Below the pieces are notes generated by a model. It was not told where the DNA came from. It made no database searches and saw only the letters and a program-made list of their open reading frames with translations. This document shows, piece after piece, positions 38,185-47,576 of a DNA stretch of 62,553 nt (position 1 is the first letter of the stretch; each line of letters starts with the position of its first letter). This DNA is from a virus (taxonomy: Duplodnaviria > Caudoviricetes): IMG/VR virus record IMGVR_UViG_3300029893_000475, positions 1 through 62,553 of that record. One strand, written 5' to 3'. Made by a program: the position numbers and the translations under genes.

Positions 38185-40304
38185 TGGCTGTAAATTGGGA
38201 AAAAATTAAGCAAGGAACACTAAGTGCCCCTACAGATATTATAACAATAAGGGATACTTTAGCTAGTTTGGGAATAGATAATATAAATGTCTGTAATTCA
38301 GATGCTGTGTTGGAAGCCCTGGATAAATTAGTAAAAACTTGGTGGGAAGATGTAAAAAAATCTATTGATAATATTTCTTTTGAAATGGTTGGTAATTTTT
38401 TAACAACTTTAGGAATTTTATTAAGTAGATTACTGTCTACAACAGCCGCTGCCTTTACTAATATATTTTTAGTTGAGATGTTGGCTGGAAATATACTAAA
38501 TAGTATAGTATCCGCCGTTGTTTTTGCTTTAGCTCTATTACCAGGCGGTGAATTAATTTTACAGTATTATTTAATATCAACTTTAAAAAGAGATTTAGTA
38601 AGAAGAAATCAACTGGGCCAAATTTTATACAAACAAATAAATATTTTAATTGAATTGTTTGCTTCATTTTACAATTTATTTAAATTTGAAGAAGATTTAT
38701 TATATACAGATTTAAAGAAAGCTTTAAAAAATATTCGAAGGGCAGAAAATATTTTAGGTAGAGAAATTTCTAAAAATTTTTACGGAGATAAACCAATAAC
38801 TATAAACCAAATTTCGCAAGTAGATTTTTACATAGAAAAAGCTATACAAAATTTAACACATGAGAATTATAATGCCGTATATAATTATATAAAATTAATA
38901 AATAATGAATATGGTATAAACGCTGATGTTCCTTCTGGATTGGATATTTTAGGATGGACTAATTATTTTAACACAATACAAACACAAATTGCTTCTACAT
39001 TTTTTACTTATACAAATAATTATGGTACTGTAGAATATGATAATGAAGTGGAAGCAAAAACTTTAAGATATAGGCAATTTATCAGCGCTATGATAAAAAT
39101 TATGCCACCGATACTCCAAAGAATTATCTTAAATGCTACTTTTAAAGATGCTTCACAAATATTATTTGAAAGAATACCGATTTGGACAAATAATGTAAAA
39201 TTATTAAAAGATTTAAAAAATATTTTAGATAATTCAGTTTCTGTTCCTAATAAATTTTTGAACACATACCTAAGCATAAATAATGTATCTAAAACTCCAG
39301 AACCCGCTCTTTTTAGGAACCCTGCTACTAAAGACATTACATGGAGAAATATAACTTCTAAAATTAGTATAGAAGAAGCAAGCGTTCTGCTATTTCCCTC
39401 TTATTGGAAATATATTAGAAACGTTGGAAGTTTATTACAAAATATGCTTCTCCCAGTATTAACAATTTTGAAAAACGTAGATTCTGAAATAGAAAGTACA
39501 ATAAATAAAAAAACAAATTTTAATATTGCTGAATTATCAGTTAATCAGTTTAAATGGATAAATGAGTTAACTGGCGCACGAACAATTTTATCTGCAATAA
39601 TTAGTTCACAAGAATTACAAACAAACTATGGTAAATTAAATTTGGATCCTATTACAATTTATAATACCACAGTGCAAGCCGAAATTGCTATGAACAATAT
39701 TAAGCAATTTATTCGAGACAAACATTTTGATAATAAAACTAATTCTGAAAAAGTGCAAGCTGCAGAAACTGTTTATGAAACAGCACAAAAATACCTTGGA
39801 AATCTGTTATTAAATATATATATTATAGTAAATCCAACGGCGGCAAAAAACACAATTTCAGGATTGCAGGCTATGAAAATAGCTTTAAAACAGCAATTGA
39901 TAGAAGATAGGAGAGAGCTGGCTTTATGTAATGTTTTTCTAAATACTGTGGAAGCGAATCCTTTATTTCAAACTTTTAAACCTTATTTAGATCAATTGTT
40001 AAAAGAATTAGAACAAACAAAAATTGGCCATGATATTGCAAAACAAATCCGTACCGGAGATTTATCAGGCATAATAAACATTTTAGAAGGGTACTGGGCT
40101 ATTAATAATGTTGAAAGGCTAATAACATGTGAAGGTAAAAAAACGGGAGAATACACAGATACTTCAAAATTAGGTTTTGGTGAAAATGTAAGTCTGGAAA
40201 CAGCTACTAAGATAGAAAGATCTTTATCTCAATTACGTGATCAACAAAATATTATAACAGATACAATACCTAAAATTATGGAACAGTTAGAGAGTTTACA
40301 ATGA
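38184..40304 (+). CDS. hypothetical helical virion protein with hydrophobic N-terminal segments
   Basis: 706 aa; long apolar stretch at about residues 68-130; lies within the baseplate module. Confidence 0.45.
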   Translation: MAVNWEKIKQGTLSAPTDIITIRDTLASLGIDNINVCNSDAVLEALDKLVKTWWEDVKKSIDNISFEMVGNFLTTLGILLSRLLSTTAAAFTNIFLVEMLAGNILNSIVSAVVFALALLPGGELILQYYLISTLKRDLVRRNQLGQILYKQINILIELFASFYNLFKFEEDLLYTDLKKALKNIRRAENILGREISKNFYGDKPITINQISQVDFYIEKAIQNLTHENYNAVYNYIKLINNEYGINADVPSGLDILGWTNYFNTIQTQIASTFFTYTNNYGTVEYDNEVEAKTLRYRQFISAMIKIMPPILQRIILNATFKDASQILFERIPIWTNNVKLLKDLKNILDNSVSVPNKFLNTYLSINNVSKTPEPALFRNPATKDITWRNITSKISIEEASVLLFPSYWKYIRNVGSLLQNMLLPVLTILKNVDSEIESTINKKTNFNIAELSVNQFKWINELTGARTILSAIISSQELQTNYGKLNLDPITIYNTTVQAEIAMNNIKQFIRDKHFDNKTNSEKVQAAETVYETAQKYLGNLLLNIYIIVNPTAAKNTISGLQAMKIALKQQLIEDRRELALCNVFLNTVEANPLFQTFKPYLDQLLKELEQTKIGHDIAKQIRTGDLSGIINILEGYWAINNVERLITCEGKKTGEYTDTSKLGFGENVSLETATKIERSLSQLRDQQNIITDTIPKIMEQLESLQ

Positions 40305-40735
40305 AAGATATAGAAATATTAAGATTTTCTGAAGACGGAACTTCTTCCGAATTTACAATAAAAGCTCCCTTAAGCTATGTTTCAAATAGAAATGGGCTTG
40401 CTCAACGTATTATCAAAATTATGTTTACTCAAACTGGGAGTGATATCTATTCTAAAGAAACGGGAACAATCTTGTATGAATTAATAAAATTATACAGAGA
40501 AGATGAACTAGAAAATGTTAAAAACATGTTTCCTGTAATTATTAAAAGTTTAGAAGAACAGGTAAAAAAAGAACAAACCTTAGATTTAATAAATGGTTAT
40601 TTGTTAAATGATGATGAAATCTTAGAATCTTTAGTTTTAAAAAGTTATACATGGGATGAGGTACTGGGAGGATGGATATTAACAATAGAGGTTAATACAA
40701 AAAGTGGAAATCAAACTTACGTACAGATTCCTTAA
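40301..40735 (+). CDS. baseplate wedge protein, gp25-like
   Basis: LAQRIIKIMFTQTGSDIY...G pattern, 144 aa, directly before the baseplate J-like gene. Confidence 0.6.
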   Translation: MKDIEILRFSEDGTSSEFTIKAPLSYVSNRNGLAQRIIKIMFTQTGSDIYSKETGTILYELIKLYREDELENVKNMFPVIIKSLEEQVKKEQTLDLINGYLLNDDEILESLVLKSYTWDEVLGGWILTIEVNTKSGNQTYVQIP

Positions 40736-40746
40736 GGAGTGAAAGA

Positions 40747-43700
40747 ATGATAAATATACCAAATTATATTCGTGAAAAAATCAAACAGTATAATCCAGAA
40801 TTAGATACTAGAGAAGGCTCAGTATTGAGAGATTTTCTAATAAATCCTTTGGTATCAATTTTAGAACCTTACCAGCAAGAACATTTAAAAATTTTAGAAC
40901 AGATGTCTTTAGCTGACATAAATGATCTTAATGAAGACCAAATGAATGCAATTGCTGCAACATTTTTATTAGAAAGAAGAACAGGAACCAAAGCCGTCGG
41001 ATATGTCAAATTTTATTATAACTCACCCAGAAGTATAACTATTCCTAAAGGTTTATCATTAATTAGTAATAATATCACCTTTAAAACTACTAGCGATTAT
41101 TTTATAACAAAAGCACAAATGGAATCTGATCTTTCTCAATATCCTTATTATGTTACAGAAAATATACAAGTAGTGGCTGATGATTATGGGGTTACAGGTA
41201 ACTTAGAAGCAAATTCACAATTTAAAGTTGTAGGCCAACTTTCATCTACTCCAGTAAAAATTATAAATGTAGAAGCTTTTTCTGGGGGTACAGACATTGA
41301 GACAAATTATTCATTATACAACCGTATAAAAAACACAATACACGGGAAATCTTTAGCTTCATCTACAGCCATAAAGGAAACAATAACGGATAATTTTAAT
41401 GATGTGATTGATGTTGAAGTCATTGGTGCTGGACATCCTTTGATGACAAGAGATTTAACATATTATATACAAGATGTAGAAAAATACAAATCCATTGATT
41501 TTTTATATACATATTCTGGAATGCACAACGGTGAGTATGATTCTAAACATATGGCCTTCAGTGGTAATTTTTTAGATTTGGATGAAACCTCTGATGTACA
41601 ATTTCCTTCAATAACTGGCTGGACTCATGAATTTTCCAATGATATGTACAGGGGTATATATAAATTATATGATATGAATTATGCACAGCAAGACCAATAT
41701 ACATTAATACGGGAAGATTGGGGAGATACTTTTTATGATCCTTTACTAAGTAATAATCCGGATTTGCAAATGATACTAGCTTCGGGTCAATGGCAAATAC
41801 ATGATGGGGCCCATCCAGACAACACTTTATTTTATTTAAATGAATTTGGTATTGTTAATAATAAATTAAGAATGGGAAAAACATTAAGCCCAGAAGCCGC
41901 TTCTGCAGTAGCTATCCCTCTTGCACAAATTTCAGGTATATATGAAATGCTACTTTCAGGAGAAGAACAACAGATAGAAGATGCTCAATTACAATTATTT
42001 AATTATATAAGTCCTAGTACTTTTAATAATTTATCCCCTATTATACACAAACCTATTGATCAGCATTTAGGGATAGAAATATTCTGTGAAATGATGACTA
42101 CAGATAATACTGAAGATGGAGAAATGGCTTATATTACAGTATTAAGAAATTCAGAAATTTTTCTACCGCACGATGGTTTTGGTATTGCATGGAGAAAACA
42201 ACCGGAATTTTTGTTACGTATGGATAGAAATTGGTCTAGACCTGCGATTGCACCATTAAATACAGGGGGTCAGGGAACGGTTTCTAATAATTCCAATATT
42301 TATTACACTGTATTGCCGGATTCAGCATACAAAGCAGCCGACTTGTTAAAATTCAGAGAAATATACGGATATACCCCAAATATAACTGGACCGGGTTATG
42401 TAAAAAGTCATCCTGAATTATGGAGATATAATGTTTATTTAGTTGATAATGATATTTTACAAGAAAATGTTTGGGTAGGATATGATCAGTTATGGGATCA
42501 AACTTCCGGTAAAAATCAATTTTTACAAGCAGCAAAAGTGTGGATTGAGCCAGAAATTACTTATCAATTTAAAATAAAAATTTATCAAAATATGGGAGTG
42601 GAAGCATGGATCTTTGATTTGGATAATCCACCAAATGATCCTTATGCCAATGTTAATAAAGTTATAGATAGAGGCCAAACATATCCACCCTATCTTCCAC
42701 AATCTGGAGATAAAATCCAAACTGATGCCGGATTTTATATTTTAGAAAGTTCTAGAAATCATTTTGGTATAGCTGTTTCAGAAACTAGAAACTGTGAATG
42801 GTATGTAGATAATCTATTAGTAAAAACTTTTTCTGAAACTTTTCCAATGCATTTGTTCAGAATGAAGCCCGACTTACTATATTTTGACCCGAATAAAGCC
42901 GCTCAAGTTAATTACTATGGTGTTGGTTTTGACCCAGAACAATTTTTATTAAATGGGGAAACAGGTCATAGCAAAGTAAAAGTAGGTGTTTATAATACGC
43001 AAACAGAGGCATGGGAAATTGGCGGTACAAATACTGCCACAATTAATGATACGAGAGATAAACAAAAAATAAGTGTAAATTTGAATCCTCTTTTGAACTA
43101 TTTGGACGCTGAAGGATATGTTAATATAGCAGCAACAGCTGCAAATAGTGGTGTAGATTTTCCTAATGATACTGATCATACATTAAGATCATATTACATA
43201 GAAATGAACAATGTCTTAGAAAATGGAGTTCATAGAGGAAACGCTGTAGATGTCTATGTGCATGATCCAAAAAATATAAAATTAGGAACAATTACAGTTA
43301 TAATGCCTGGTAGTACTATAAATTTAAGTACCATTCAAAATATACAACCATATATAGTTGAAATAGTAGATATTAAAGAAGGTATTTCTAAAGTAACTTT
43401 TGACAAATCTAGCTATACTATTAATAGTTTTCATAGTAGTAAATCATATTCTGATAACATCGATATATCTATAAGTTTTGATATCGAAAATATGGAAAAC
43501 ACACTGATCGAAATTACTTATTACTATTGGGCTAATGGTCCTCTTGTTAATGCTTTAATCAATGACCCTGATTTTAGATATCCTGCCTCTGATATAATGA
43601 TTAAAGCTATGCCTCCTACTATAGTGACCATAAATAAACTAGAATATTCTGGAGGACTGAATACCGAGGAAATGAAATTAAAAATAGTAAATTATTTTAA

Positions 43701-43926
43701 TACGCTGAATGATACAAGATTTGACGTTTCAGATCTCATAAATGTTATGTATGAAAATGGAGCTACATATGTAAATACAGATATGGACATATCTGTAAGA
43801 GAATACAATACTACTTATGAAATAACACAAACTTCCTTAACAGGTTCTTTTTATTCTATAGACCCGAATAATATAAGTAGATTTTTTACAAATATAAATG
43901 AATTATATGGAGTAATACAACTTTAA
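40747..43926 (+). CDS. baseplate J/gp6-like wedge protein with large central insertion
   Basis: DTREGSVLRDFLINP, RRTGTKAVGYVKFY, AFSGGTDIET...LYNRI, DVEVIGAG. Confidence 0.75.
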   Translation: MINIPNYIREKIKQYNPELDTREGSVLRDFLINPLVSILEPYQQEHLKILEQMSLADINDLNEDQMNAIAATFLLERRTGTKAVGYVKFYYNSPRSITIPKGLSLISNNITFKTTSDYFITKAQMESDLSQYPYYVTENIQVVADDYGVTGNLEANSQFKVVGQLSSTPVKIINVEAFSGGTDIETNYSLYNRIKNTIHGKSLASSTAIKETITDNFNDVIDVEVIGAGHPLMTRDLTYYIQDVEKYKSIDFLYTYSGMHNGEYDSKHMAFSGNFLDLDETSDVQFPSITGWTHEFSNDMYRGIYKLYDMNYAQQDQYTLIREDWGDTFYDPLLSNNPDLQMILASGQWQIHDGAHPDNTLFYLNEFGIVNNKLRMGKTLSPEAASAVAIPLAQISGIYEMLLSGEEQQIEDAQLQLFNYISPSTFNNLSPIIHKPIDQHLGIEIFCEMMTTDNTEDGEMAYITVLRNSEIFLPHDGFGIAWRKQPEFLLRMDRNWSRPAIAPLNTGGQGTVSNNSNIYYTVLPDSAYKAADLLKFREIYGYTPNITGPGYVKSHPELWRYNVYLVDNDILQENVWVGYDQLWDQTSGKNQFLQAAKVWIEPEITYQFKIKIYQNMGVEAWIFDLDNPPNDPYANVNKVIDRGQTYPPYLPQSGDKIQTDAGFYILESSRNHFGIAVSETRNCEWYVDNLLVKTFSETFPMHLFRMKPDLLYFDPNKAAQVNYYGVGFDPEQFLLNGETGHSKVKVGVYNTQTEAWEIGGTNTATINDTRDKQKISVNLNPLLNYLDAEGYVNIAATAANSGVDFPNDTDHTLRSYYIEMNNVLENGVHRGNAVDVYVHDPKNIKLGTITVIMPGSTINLSTIQNIQPYIVEIVDIKEGISKVTFDKSSYTINSFHSSKSYSDNIDISISFDIENMENTLIEITYYYWANGPLVNALINDPDFRYPASDIMIKAMPPTIVTINKLEYSGGLNTEEMKLKIVNYFNTLNDTRFDVSDLINVMYENGATYVNTDMDISVREYNTTYEITQTSLTGSFYSIDPNNISRFFTNINELYGVIQL

Positions 43927-45698
43927 TGTTTAGTCCAGACAATAAAACAAATTTCGAAGCCTTTTGGAACAGACTTTCTACGTTTTATAATTTTGTGCCT
44001 AAAAATGAAAAAACACTAATTGAAAATTATTGGAAACAATTATTTAATGGAATGGAAGGATTACCTTATGATCTTGCCCAAGTAACTTTGGCGGGCTATC
44101 TTGATTATTCACCGGGCTATATAGAAGACCAATATCAAGAATATGAAATTGTTTTTAATGGAAGTGATAAAAACGTTGAAATAGAAAGATATCAGACACC
44201 AGTTATAATAAGTGGTTATAATATACCCTCTTCTGACAGAACTATATATAATTATAAAATTACCGCTCTGGATTCTAATGGGGAAACTTTACCTAGTACT
44301 TCAGTTATTATAATAAGTGGTCAAAATAATTTACTTTCAAATAATAACACAATTATATGGGAAGCTGTAAGTGGTGTAAATAGTTATAATATTTACGGTC
44401 GTAGACAAAATGAATACTACTACATAACTAATACAACTAATACTTATTTTTCTGATAATGGCCTTATCCCAGTTAATAGTGGTATTACTCCACCTTCAGA
44501 GAATACAACTATAGCAAGTTATTTATATAAAATTCCTAATGATTTTATTTATTTAACTATGCCTGTATTAAGTGGTGTATATTCTAATATCACTTTAAAT
44601 GAAGGTATAGATTTTAAAATACAAAATTTACATTACCTAAAATTTTATAATAATCTAAATGTATATAGTATTCCTGGATTTAAAGAAACTTTTGTAATAC
44701 CTAAAGCTCTATTTTTATTACCTTCTCTCACTAATATCTATTTTAAAGCTTTTGGTGAATTAAATAATCCAGAAGAAGTTATAAAACAAGAAGCATATAC
44801 GCCGTATATTAATGGGTGGTTAACAGATAGCTTTAATTTTTTTGAAAAGAAAAGATATTATGCTGAGCATTTAAAATATTTGTCTCAAGGTCTTACAAAC
44901 GCTCTTTCTAAAGGACCAAATTTTAAAAATTTAACAACAGCATTTTGTTTAATATCTGGCATGCCTTTTTGCTATGAATCTGGCATAGTAAATAATATAT
45001 GGCAAGATAGTAACTATAATTATGTTTCAATTTCTGGTGGCAATACTTATCAATTTCCTTTACCATTAACAACTTCTGTCCAAATAGGAGAACCGGTTTC
45101 AAGATTTCAAATTTTAGCTTCTGGGATACATTTACATGATTACGTAAGTTCAAGTGGTATTATAGAGCAGCTTACACAAATAAACCCTGAAGAATTTTGG
45201 TATACTCTTGGAATACAACGTAGTTGTAGAACATACGGATTAAGTCATTACCAGCCTTTTGTGGATTATTATACTAATTATATATTACCAGCAGGCTTAA
45301 TAATAAACTATTTTAATTTACCTCCATATGGCTATATATGGTCTGCTAATAATTTTTATAACGGAGGCACATTAGCAACTTTTTCCGGAGTAGTTACGGA
45401 CCCTGAAAATGATATTTTGACATTTTTTTGGGAGCATATATCACCTGTTACTAATTATTTGGGTAATACAAATTTAAAATGTACTATTAATAGTCCCAAT
45501 ACAATACAAACTACCACACTTTTAACAACTCCTCCTGTTGATCGCTACTATTTATTTAGATTAAATGTAAAAGACTGTGATAATTCTACAGATATAGATA
45601 TTGAACAAAATGTACATGGTACCTATTCTTTTACTTCTTGGGGACAAACCGTTTTTATCTTAGGAGATGCAGAGTTAAGATATTTGTATTTAACGTAA
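43926..45698 (+). CDS. putative baseplate wedge / tail protein
   Basis: Follows the J-like gene; FnIII-like segment YKITALDSNGET...IIWEAVSGVNSYNIY; C-terminal Ig/PKD-like DPENDILTFFW. Confidence 0.5.
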   Translation: MFSPDNKTNFEAFWNRLSTFYNFVPKNEKTLIENYWKQLFNGMEGLPYDLAQVTLAGYLDYSPGYIEDQYQEYEIVFNGSDKNVEIERYQTPVIISGYNIPSSDRTIYNYKITALDSNGETLPSTSVIIISGQNNLLSNNNTIIWEAVSGVNSYNIYGRRQNEYYYITNTTNTYFSDNGLIPVNSGITPPSENTTIASYLYKIPNDFIYLTMPVLSGVYSNITLNEGIDFKIQNLHYLKFYNNLNVYSIPGFKETFVIPKALFLLPSLTNIYFKAFGELNNPEEVIKQEAYTPYINGWLTDSFNFFEKKRYYAEHLKYLSQGLTNALSKGPNFKNLTTAFCLISGMPFCYESGIVNNIWQDSNYNYVSISGGNTYQFPLPLTTSVQIGEPVSRFQILASGIHLHDYVSSSGIIEQLTQINPEEFWYTLGIQRSCRTYGLSHYQPFVDYYTNYILPAGLIINYFNLPPYGYIWSANNFYNGGTLATFSGVVTDPENDILTFFWEHISPVTNYLGNTNLKCTINSPNTIQTTTLLTTPPVDRYYLFRLNVKDCDNSTDIDIEQNVHGTYSFTSWGQTVFILGDAELRYLYLT

Positions 45699-45705
45699 AT
45701 ATTCA

Positions 45706-45734
45706 TTGATTTTTCATAGAAAATATATTATATT
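45706..45734 (+). promoter_or_regulatory. sigma70-type promoter for the tail fibre operon
   Basis: TTGATT-N17-TATATT in the largest intergenic gap of the right-hand block; matches 29397-29425; SD AGGAG follows. Confidence 0.55.
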
Positions 45735-45763
45735 AAGTTATAGATTATAATTAGGAGTTTTAA

Positions 45764-47563
45764 ATGGCTACAATATTAACTGTTTCCGGTACGCATACAC
45801 CAAATGAAGGTCGTGTTATTTGGAATAACAATTTTACTAATTTAAATGGAGAAGTAGTAGGACTTTCTTCGTTAATATCTGCAGTTACAGGCGATATAGT
45901 AGGTACTACTGCTACTCAGACCCTTCAAAATAAAACAATCTCCTCTTTAAATAGAGGGGGTAACAACTCTATAATTATATCCAGAAAAGACCTAGAAAAT
46001 ACGTCATTTTTATTAGTAACTTCAGACTCCGGTTCTGTATCTGATATAAATGTAACTGCAGCTTCTCCATATTCACTTAAAATTTTTGGTTCTGATAGTA
46101 TAACAACTTATGTATCTTCTAATACCTTGTATATAAAAAATAAGGAAATTTGTATACTAAATGAACCTGCACAGGTATTAGGTGTAAAAGTAGCTTCAGT
46201 ATTAGGCGGCAATGTTGCACAATTTGGAGGAAATGTTATTATTAATAATTTTTTAGCTGTAGGAGCAGGGCATACAGCAGCTGCCAATGCTGAAATTCAT
46301 ATTAAAGATGCAACACCTGAACTCAGAATAGAAACTACTGGAACAGAGGCTTATTTAAATCTTACTGATTCTGTTTCAAATTTTAAATTTACAGCGGATT
46401 TAAATTCAGAAACTCTATCACTAACCCATGATAACAATAGTATTGTTTCGTTTCGAGATGACAATACAACAATAACAAGTAACGTTATTTTTTCTAAAGT
46501 AGGTGGCACGCATACTATATATGGTAATATAAATGTTTTAGGAGTTTTAACAGCCTCTGGTCTAGTTGCTACTGCTACAGACGTGGTTATAAATAATGGA
46601 CCTGTTACAATAAGTGGCGGACAATCCTACATAAAAGATAATTCTATTGATCATCAAAAATTAAAAAATTTAACTTCTGGATATTTATTAATTGGAAATA
46701 GCTCAAACATACCTACAGCAACTCCATTAACAGGAGCTATAAGTTTAACAAATACTGGCGTTACAAGTATAAATGATGGAGCAATAACTTTACCCAAATT
46801 ATCGGCACAAACATTAAATACATTCTTAATGGGAAATGATACCGGTGTTGTTGCAAAAAGTTTAAATTCAAATAGCGATGTGATATTAAGTTCAGATAGT
46901 AATACATTTACATTATCACTAAAAAGTGGAGTTATTATAGATGCAGATATTAGCCCTTCTGCTGCAATTAATATGAGTAAAACTGCTTTTACTGTGAATA
47001 TTAGTGGCCTTAGGATGAATGGTAATAGTTTAGAACTTGATTCTACTGTTAAGCCAGATATATTTTTTAGAAGTGTGCCGGTAGGAACTATAATACCTTA
47101 TGCTGGAAATAAACCAGTTTTATCAGGTTCTGTAGAAGATGAAGTTATACCTGGTTGGTTACATTGTAATGGCTGGCTTGTTAATAATTCTAAATATCCT
47201 GAATTATACTCAACTTTAGGAACAGCGTGGGGTAGCGCAGGAAAATTACCAGATTTAAGAGGAGCTTTCTTAAGAGGTGTGGATGTTGATAGAGGCTTAG
47301 ATCCAGACTATGCTACAAGAACAGGCGGAGGTACTTCTGTAAAAGTTGGTAGTTTTCAAGATGATGCATTACAAGCACATACGCACTCATTTATTGATAA
47401 TTATTACCAATTAGCGGATCAATGGGCACAGGGTGGTGGCGGTCTTAGCACAGTAAGGCCTGTAAATTCTACGTTAAATGGTGTATCCGATACTACAGAT
47501 AGTACAGGTGGATTAGAAACAAGACCAGTTAACTATGCGGTCATATATTTAATTAAATATTAA
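45764..47563 (+). CDS. tail fibre protein with C-terminal phage tail collar domain
   Basis: VPVGTIIPYAG...PGWLHCNG...YPELYSTLG...LPDLRGAFLRG...VGSFQDD..Q.HTH...ETRPVNYAVIYLIKY. Confidence 0.85.
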   Translation: MATILTVSGTHTPNEGRVIWNNNFTNLNGEVVGLSSLISAVTGDIVGTTATQTLQNKTISSLNRGGNNSIIISRKDLENTSFLLVTSDSGSVSDINVTAASPYSLKIFGSDSITTYVSSNTLYIKNKEICILNEPAQVLGVKVASVLGGNVAQFGGNVIINNFLAVGAGHTAAANAEIHIKDATPELRIETTGTEAYLNLTDSVSNFKFTADLNSETLSLTHDNNSIVSFRDDNTTITSNVIFSKVGGTHTIYGNINVLGVLTASGLVATATDVVINNGPVTISGGQSYIKDNSIDHQKLKNLTSGYLLIGNSSNIPTATPLTGAISLTNTGVTSINDGAITLPKLSAQTLNTFLMGNDTGVVAKSLNSNSDVILSSDSNTFTLSLKSGVIIDADISPSAAINMSKTAFTVNISGLRMNGNSLELDSTVKPDIFFRSVPVGTIIPYAGNKPVLSGSVEDEVIPGWLHCNGWLVNNSKYPELYSTLGTAWGSAGKLPDLRGAFLRGVDVDRGLDPDYATRTGGGTSVKVGSFQDDALQAHTHSFIDNYYQLADQWAQGGGGLSTVRPVNSTLNGVSDTTDSTGGLETRPVNYAVIYLIKY

Positions 47564-47576
47564 TTAGGAATTTAAA

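Noticed and set aside
1256-47563. Extracellular contractile injection system or tailocin instead of a phage
   Set aside because: Tail genes are interleaved with DNA polymerase, RNR, helicase, recombination and sigma genes typical of a replicating large phage.
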